Shown here in pieces: positions 58,000-64,000 of a DNA stretch of 64,000 nucleotides. The notes beneath the pieces are model-generated. The model was given only the letters and a program-made list of their open reading frames with translations, was not told where the DNA came from and did not search any database. The position numbers and the translations under genes are program-made. The stretch is from Saccharofermentans sp. (GTDB taxonomy: Bacteria > Bacillota > Clostridia > Saccharofermentanales > Saccharofermentanaceae): positions 19,966 to 83,965 of the forward strand of contig JAILIB010000135.1 in assembly GCA_024695505.1 (NCBI GenBank). The letters run 5' to 3'. Position 1 is the first letter of the stretch, and each line of letters begins with the position of its first letter.

Positions 58000-59106
58000 A
58001 TGGAGAGAAGATACATGATCACAGGTGGCGGAACGTCGGGGCATATCAACCCGGCTCTTGCCATTGCAGCTTTGCTTCAGGAAGATGCTGAAGCTAATGG
58101 TGATACATGCAAGATAATCTTTACCGGGAGAAAGAGCGGTCTTGAAGGCGAGCTTATTCCCAAGGCGGGTTATGAATTTAAGGACGTGGAAGCGCTCCCG
58201 ATGCCTTCGAAGCCTTCACCCAAAATGGTTAAGTCCTATGCTGCATTGCAGCGCGGAAAGAAGCAGTGCATATCTCTCATCGAAGAGTTCAAACCCGAGT
58301 GTGTAATAAGCACCGGCGGATATGTCAGCGGACCTCTTTTGTCAGCTGCGAAAAAACTTCACGTGCCGATAATGATACACGAGGCAAATGCTTTCCCGGG
58401 CAGAGCCAACAAGTTCTTATCAAGAGGCGCAGCCCTTGTAATGACAGGCTTTCCGGGACAGGAAGAGATCTTCTCAAAAGCTGCGAGAGTCGTATATACA
58501 GGCAATCCCGTAAGGAACATGATGTTTGGCAGAACGAAGGAAGAATCCAGGAAGGAATTAGGATTTGATCCTGACCAAAAACTGGTATTTACGATGGGCG
58601 GTTCATTAGGTTCTGCTACACTTACGAATTTTATTTTCGAGACGGCGAAAAAGCCCGAATACAAAGACGTCCACTTCTTTATCTCAGTAGGTAAGCACAA
58701 CTCGGTTGAGATCACTCCCGAGATCCTTGCTATACCTAATCTTGAGATAAAGGAATATATCGACAGACCCGATCTCTATATGTCTGCGGCAGACTGTTCG
58801 ATCCTTCGTGCAGGAGCCGTTACATGCGCCGAGATCACTGCAACGGGAGCTTGCGCGATAATGGTTCCTTATCCGTTTGCAGCTCACGATCACCAGACTT
58901 ATAACGCTAATTCACTGGCATCAAAAGGTGCCGGGATCGTTGTCAGCGATGACGATGTAAAAGCAGGAAAATTAGAACCTGTTCTAAAAAGCCTTCTTAA
59001 CGATCCGGCAAGGCAGGAAGAGATAAGAAAAGCATCAGCAGACCTTGCTATCAAGGATACGGGCAAGAGAATTACAGATGCCATCAAATCGGCGCTTGAA
59101 GAATAA
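58000..59106 (+). CDS. murG: Lipid II GlcNAc transferase
   Basis: GGGTSGHINPA, GGYVS, HE.N..PG.AN, TGNPVR, GGSLG, RAGA.T..E, HQ..NA. Confidence 0.96.
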   Translation: MERRYMITGGGTSGHINPALAIAALLQEDAEANGDTCKIIFTGRKSGLEGELIPKAGYEFKDVEALPMPSKPSPKMVKSYAALQRGKKQCISLIEEFKPECVISTGGYVSGPLLSAAKKLHVPIMIHEANAFPGRANKFLSRGAALVMTGFPGQEEIFSKAARVVYTGNPVRNMMFGRTKEESRKELGFDPDQKLVFTMGGSLGSATLTNFIFETAKKPEYKDVHFFISVGKHNSVEITPEILAIPNLEIKEYIDRPDLYMSAADCSILRAGAVTCAEITATGACAIMVPYPFAAHDHQTYNANSLASKGAGIVVSDDDVKAGKLEPVLKSLLNDPARQEEIRKASADLAIKDTGKRITDAIKSALEE

Positions 59107-59113
59107 TCCTTAA

Positions 59114-59122
59114 TGGTAAAAT
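59114..59122 (+). promoter_or_regulatory. Extended -10 directly before the divIB start (leaderless configuration)
   Basis: TGGTAAAAT ends 7 nt before ATG 59130; no SD. Confidence 0.5.
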
Positions 59123-59129
59123 AAGACCT

Positions 59130-60338
59130 ATGGATGACAACGAATTAGACAGACTGTTCGGGGAAGATCACGAAGCGGATGACGCTTTGGATGAGGCTGC
59201 CGAAGAAGCGGTTGAAGCCGTTAACGGGGAGGCTTTAGAAGATGGGCCTTCTGATGAGTCTGCAGATCCTTCAGAAGATAAAGAATCCGAAGAAAATGAA
59301 GAGTCTGAACCTTCAGATGATGAAGAAGAGGAAGAAGAAGTAACGGATTCTGAAGAGTCTGATGAAGAGTCGGAAGAAACCGGTGAAGGTGAGAAGGATA
59401 CTTCAGAAGAATCTGAAGAAGAAGCAAAAGAACCTGAAGAACCGGAAGAATCCTTATTTGTCCAGAAGGCGGCTCCTGCTCCCAAGGTGCAGAAAAAGCC
59501 TGCTCCCAAGCCAGAAAAGGCACCCAAAGAGACTGTTTCCTTAAACAAGAAGAGCATTGCAGCCATCTGCATTGCCGCCGCTCTTGTCGTTATGGTGGTC
59601 CTCGTTCTGTTCCTGCCTGCATTCAGGGTAAGGAATGCTCATATTGAAGGCAATGTCGTCCTGACTGATGAAGAGATCTTAAGAGAAGTCGGACTAGAGT
59701 ACGACTCGCATCTTATGAGCGGCATCAGCGGCAACATCATCGACATCTTAAGACTTGATTACGGCAAGACCGAAGAACGCATCAAGAAAGAGAACCCATA
59801 TATCGAAGACATCAGGATAACCATCCAGCTTCCGTCGACGGTATACATCAAGATCAAGGAGAGAAGCAAAGTCTGCTATATCAGAACTCCTGACGGTTAT
59901 GCGGCTCTCGATAAAGACGGGATCGTTCTCGAACTCTGCTCATTTGACTCCGGAGATACAGTAAATCCGATCATTTGCGGACTTAATGTAACGTCTGCCG
60001 AACTGGGCAAACCTGTTAGGATCGAGAACATGAATGACTACAAGAAGGCGATCATAGTTCTCGGCGCCATACTGGCTGCGGATTATGCCAGTGTAGGCGG
60101 TGACTATTCAATGTTTGAGAACACCTCGGAAGTAAGGATCTTACCGAGCGGATACATATTCCTGACGGTTTACTCGCCGTCAGGGCATCTCGTGCAGATC
60201 AAGCTCAACAGTCTGGAGACGATCAGTGACGACATGGCATGGCTTTTATATGCCTTCAGCGGCGACGGTTTTGACAAGATAACCGTTGACGGTGCGCTGG
60301 ATATGACCGGTGACGACAATATTTTCCACGAATACTAA
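59130..60338 (+). CDS. divIB: FtsQ/DivIB-like division protein
   Basis: Acidic cytoplasmic N-terminus, TM, POTRA-like F.V....IEGN...NPYI......LPSTV.I.I.ER; lies between murG and ftsZ. Confidence 0.82.
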   Translation: MDDNELDRLFGEDHEADDALDEAAEEAVEAVNGEALEDGPSDESADPSEDKESEENEESEPSDDEEEEEEVTDSEESDEESEETGEGEKDTSEESEEEAKEPEEPEESLFVQKAAPAPKVQKKPAPKPEKAPKETVSLNKKSIAAICIAAALVVMVVLVLFLPAFRVRNAHIEGNVVLTDEEILREVGLEYDSHLMSGISGNIIDILRLDYGKTEERIKKENPYIEDIRITIQLPSTVYIKIKERSKVCYIRTPDGYAALDKDGIVLELCSFDSGDTVNPIICGLNVTSAELGKPVRIENMNDYKKAIIVLGAILAADYASVGGDYSMFENTSEVRILPSGYIFLTVYSPSGHLVQIKLNSLETISDDMAWLLYAFSGDGFDKITVDGALDMTGDDNIFHEY

Positions 60339-60535
60339 TATGGATGCTTGATTTCAGGCATTTAATGCTAATATAAATATGAAGTTTTCTTTACAATCAC
60401 ACAGTTTTTCACACTGTCTGTATTGATTGAAACTTGTGTTTAGGTTAAACTTTTGAATGGTTAATAATATTTATTTAATCAAGAAATATTTTTATTTTGG
60501 TTTCGGAACTATAAAAGATACGGAGGAACAAAAGG

Positions 60536-61963
60536 ATGTCTGAGAGCAAGCATAGCTATTCAATGGACGAATCTAATGTTGCAAGCATTAAGGTAATCGG
60601 CGTAGGTGGCGGCGGAAGCAATGCTGTAAACCGAATGGTCGAGAGTGGTGTCCAGGGCGTCACGTTCATCGCTATTAATACGGATAATCAGGCTCTTGCA
60701 CGTAACAAGGCTGAGATCAAGATACAGATCGGTGAGAAGGTCACCAGAGGTTTGGGATGTGGAGCAGATCCGAGCGTTGGTGAGAAGTCCGCTGAAGAAT
60801 CCAGAGACGAGATCGCTGAAGCAATCGCTAACACAGACATGCTCTTCATCACAGCAGGCATGGGCGGCGGTACCGGTACAGGTGCAGCTCCCGTAGTTGC
60901 TCAGATCGCAAGAGACCTCGGAATCCTCACAGTTGCAGTAGTAACAACTCCTTTCACATTCGAAGGCGCTAAGAGAGCTGCTAACGCAGAGCGCGGAATC
61001 AGAGAACTCCAGAAGTCAGTAGATTCCCTCATCGTAGTTTCCAACGATAAGCTCCTTGACGTAGTTGATGACAACACAAGCTTCGAAGAAGCATTCAACA
61101 TGGCAGACCAGGTACTGAAGTTCGGTGTCGCAGGTATTTCCGACCTCGTAGCTATCCCCGGACTCATCAACCTCGACTTGGCAGACGTTACACGTGTCAT
61201 GAAGGACGCAGGCATCTGCCACATGGGTATCGGCCGTGCTTCCGGTGAGGACCGTGCACAGGTCGCTATCAAGCAGGCTATCAACTCACCTCTGCTCGAT
61301 ACGAACATCGAAGGCGCTACAGGCGTAATCCTCAACTTCACAGGCGGACGCGGAATGAGACTTTCCGAGATCGATGCCGCTTCCTCTATTGTTCGTAACG
61401 AAGCTTCTCCTGAAGCAGAGATCATCGTTGGTGCCGTCGTTGACGATTCACTCGAGGATGAACTCATGATCACTGTCATCGCTTCAGGATTCGACAACAC
61501 GATCAATGCAAGCGCAGGCCACAGGGCAAGCACATCAGTTCTTTCCAGAGAGAATCCTACGATCATCTCTTCAAGAGCTGCAACAAGTTCTTCCAGAACT
61601 GAATACATTTCAAGACAGCAGCAACAGCAGCCCGCACCCGCACCTGCACCTGAAGCACCCGTTCAGCGCTCTGCTCCGGGATTCAGATTCGGTGACGAGT
61701 CCGTAGCTCCTCAGGCAGCTCCCGTACAGCAGCCTGCAGCTCCTGCCCAGCAGATCCCTGTTCAGCAGCCTGCTCCCGTACAGCAGATCCCTATGCAGCA
61801 GCCTGCTCCTCAGCCCGTTGCACCCGCACCTGCCCAGCAGCCTCAGCAGCCTCCCGTACAGATGGGCGGCAGACCTCAGGCAAACGTAGCTCCCCAGCAG
61901 GAAGCTAAGCCTGCACAGAAGTCAGCTAAGCCTTGGTTCATGTTCGGCAAAGACGGTCAGTAA
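60536..61963 (+). CDS. ftsZ: Cell division protein FtsZ
   Basis: [35 protein letters not shown]. Confidence 0.98.
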   Translation: MSESKHSYSMDESNVASIKVIGVGGGGSNAVNRMVESGVQGVTFIAINTDNQALARNKAEIKIQIGEKVTRGLGCGADPSVGEKSAEESRDEIAEAIANTDMLFITAGMGGGTGTGAAPVVAQIARDLGILTVAVVTTPFTFEGAKRAANAERGIRELQKSVDSLIVVSNDKLLDVVDDNTSFEEAFNMADQVLKFGVAGISDLVAIPGLINLDLADVTRVMKDAGICHMGIGRASGEDRAQVAIKQAINSPLLDTNIEGATGVILNFTGGRGMRLSEIDAASSIVRNEASPEAEIIVGAVVDDSLEDELMITVIASGFDNTINASAGHRASTSVLSRENPTIISSRAATSSSRTEYISRQQQQQPAPAPAPEAPVQRSAPGFRFGDESVAPQAAPVQQPAAPAQQIPVQQPAPVQQIPMQQPAPQPVAPAPAQQPQQPPVQMGGRPQANVAPQQEAKPAQKSAKPWFMFGKDGQ

Positions 61964-61969
61964 GAATAA

Positions 61970-62449
61970 ATGATCTGCATTAAATGCGGCAAAAATAATG
62001 ACAAGGTTCTGGATTCCAGGCCTACTGAAGACGGATATTCCATCAGACGCCGCCGTGAGTGCATAGAATGCGGTTACAGGTTTTCGACAGTTGAGAGGAT
62101 CGAGGACCTGTATCCCACCGTTATAAAGAAGAACGGGACAAGAGAACCGTTCATGGCCGATAAGATAATGGCAAGCTTGAACATCGCATGTTCCAAGCGC
62201 GGAGTATCGCCTCAGGACAAAGAGAAGATCGTTGCCGAGATATCCGACAAGGTCAACAACACTTATAACCGTGAGATAACCAGTTCAGAGATCGGTGAAT
62301 TCATAATGAACCGTCTGAGAAATATGGATAAGGTCGCATATGTGCGTTTCGCATCCGTATATAAGGACTTTACCGATCCGCAGTCATTCGCTGACGAGGT
62401 AAGCAGGATATCCGATGAGAACCAGGCTTCCTCAGAAAACAACAGATAA
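61970..62449 (+). CDS. nrdR: Transcriptional repressor NrdR
   Basis: C..C...KVLDSR, IRRRREC..C..RF.T.E, ATP cone, D.VAYVRFASVY. Confidence 0.96.
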   Translation: MICIKCGKNNDKVLDSRPTEDGYSIRRRRECIECGYRFSTVERIEDLYPTVIKKNGTREPFMADKIMASLNIACSKRGVSPQDKEKIVAEISDKVNNTYNREITSSEIGEFIMNRLRNMDKVAYVRFASVYKDFTDPQSFADEVSRISDENQASSENNR

Positions 62450-62507
62450 CCGGAGTTCTAAAGCTCTCCGGCAGGAATAAACAAAAAGTAGTTTGAGGGG
62501 TGATTTA

Positions 62508-63227
62508 ATGGCAGTTAACAAAGTCTTGCTCATTGACGACGATCCGGGAATTATCGAAGTTCTCAAGCTCTATTTCGAGAAGGAAGGCTACCAGGTTTCC
62601 ACTTGCATGCAGGGCGACAGGGCTGTCGGTGTTTTCACACAGTTCAAGCCTGACATCGTTCTTCTCGATCTCATGCTGCCCGGCATGGACGGAAACGACA
62701 TCTGCCGTGAGATTAGAAAGACTTCTGACACCCCCATCATCATGCTTACCGCACGTACTGATACGCTCGATAAGATCATCGGTCTTGAGCTCGGTGCTGA
62801 TGATTATATTCCGAAGCCGTTCGAACCTAAGGAAGTCCTTGCAAGAGTCAAGGCTGTCTTAAGACGTACCGAGAAGAGAGATAATAGCGCTTCTGCCGAA
62901 CAGGAAGGCGGAAAGGCTGAAGACATCATTACTTATCCCGGTTTCTCCGTGGATAAGGTACGTTACGTTGTAACCGTTGACGGCAATGAGATCTATATGC
63001 CGCCGAAGGAACTTGAGCTTCTTTTCTTCCTTGCATCCAATCCCAACCGCGTTTTCACCCGTGAGCAGCTCCTTGAGAACGTCTGGGGTTATGATTTCTA
63101 CGGAGAATCCCGTACGGTTGACGTCCATATCAAGAGGATCAGAGAGAAGATCGAGAATCCTGACAGGGAACAGAATTGGTGCATTAAGACGGTCTGGAGC
63201 AAGGGTTATAAGTTCGAGACGAGGTAA
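62508..63227 (+). CDS. OmpR/PhoB-family response regulator
   Basis: IDDD, LDLMLP..DG, GADDY..KPF, RTVDVHIKR.R.K, IKTVW.KGY. Confidence 0.95.
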   Translation: MAVNKVLLIDDDPGIIEVLKLYFEKEGYQVSTCMQGDRAVGVFTQFKPDIVLLDLMLPGMDGNDICREIRKTSDTPIIMLTARTDTLDKIIGLELGADDYIPKPFEPKEVLARVKAVLRRTEKRDNSASAEQEGGKAEDIITYPGFSVDKVRYVVTVDGNEIYMPPKELELLFFLASNPNRVFTREQLLENVWGYDFYGESRTVDVHIKRIREKIENPDREQNWCIKTVWSKGYKFETR

Positions 63228-63230
63228 TCC

Positions 63231-64000
63231 ATGGCTCCCAAGTCTGACGGCGGAAGGAAGATCTCGGCTAATTTTGCCGTTTTCATAATCACATTCCTTG
63301 TATTTACCACGCTCGTGGTCTTTGCCGTCCTGCTCTTTCTCTCTTATGAGAATATGTATAACAGCCTTGTCGTCAAGGTTATTACGGGAACGGATACCGT
63401 TGCCGACAGTCTGTCTGCTGACATTTCATCACTTACTTCAATGCAGACGGGCACGTTCAGATATACCATGGACAATGACGGCTCGGACAATTTCAAGAAT
63501 TCAAGGATAGTGGACCGCTTTATCAATTCGGAGATATACCGGAACAGCGGTTCCATTTATTTTGTTGACAATGAAGGCCGTATCTACAGCAGGAATTCAA
63601 CGGAATTTGAAACCGGAGACAGTCTTTCCGTTGAACAGGGCGCAGGAAGGACCGCTTATCTTTCGGATAAAGGCGTTCTGAATCTTATCAAAAGTGCAGA
63701 GCAAGCCGGAAGAGCAGGGGACAGCAGCAAGGATCCGCGCAAAGTTATGTCGATCAGCTGCAGACAGATCAAGGGAACTCCATATTATCTGCTTGTAAGG
63801 AACATAGAATCTACCGGTGAGACTTTTACCGAATATATCAACGTTATCTTTATTCCCGCAATGATCTCAATGGTTATCGCCATCATTCTCTATGCGGTCT
63901 TCGTTTATCTGAGCCTGATGCCGATCAAGGACATTTCAAGGGCGATCGCGAGCGTTGCAGAAGGTGACTTCTCGGTAAGGGTCAGTCCGAGATTCTCAGA
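63231..64000 (+). CDS. Sensor histidine kinase, 5' part (runs off the window)
   Basis: MAPKSDGG...TM...TM followed by HAMP-like PIKDISRAIASVAEGDFSVRV; directly after the response regulator. Confidence 0.8.
   Translation, partial: MAPKSDGGRKISANFAVFIITFLVFTTLVVFAVLLFLSYENMYNSLVVKVITGTDTVADSLSADISSLTSMQTGTFRYTMDNDGSDNFKNSRIVDRFINSEIYRNSGSIYFVDNEGRIYSRNSTEFETGDSLSVEQGAGRTAYLSDKGVLNLIKSAEQAGRAGDSSKDPRKVMSISCRQIKGTPYYLLVRNIESTGETFTEYINVIFIPAMISMVIAIILYAVFVYLSLMPIKDISRAIASVAEGDFSVRVSPRFS

Overview
Core-chromosome window from a Clostridia (Bacillota) bacterium; a Saccharofermentans/Oscillospirales-like lineage is inferred from gene order and protein style only. In order it carries: the 3' end of ssb, rpsR, rplI, dnaB, tilS, hpt, ftsH; prfC (minus strand); malQ, glpK, an AEC transporter, SseB and a hypothetical gene; xpt with a BMP-type nucleoside ABC transporter, fprA, a clostripain-like protease and ilvBN; hpf; several accessory membrane and regulatory genes; mscL; the rimP-nusA-ylxR-L7Ae-infB-rbfA-nrnA-truB-ribF block; lgt, rodA and a GH32/fructokinase fusion; a reduced dcw cluster (mraZ, rsmH, ftsL-like, pbp, murE/murF fusion, ftsW, murG, divIB, ftsZ); nrdR; and an OmpR-type two-component pair. 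I saw no rRNA, tRNA, CRISPR array, transposase or integrase. The most unusual signal is non-coding. Four intergenic regions (about 7.0, 27.3, 31.9 and 48.4 kb), each directly after a terminator, hold modules of 41-50 bp imperfect palindromes. Each arm has two copies of a short core 11-12 bp apart, and like modules repeat with a 62-65 bp (mostly 64 bp) period, although the core sequence differs between module types. Other notable points: a probable ATC start for xpt, two gene fusions, a KTS instead of KTG motif in the division PBP, an SSB-like acidic tail on DnaB and a probably leaderless divIB. All calls come from reading motifs by eye; no database search was run.
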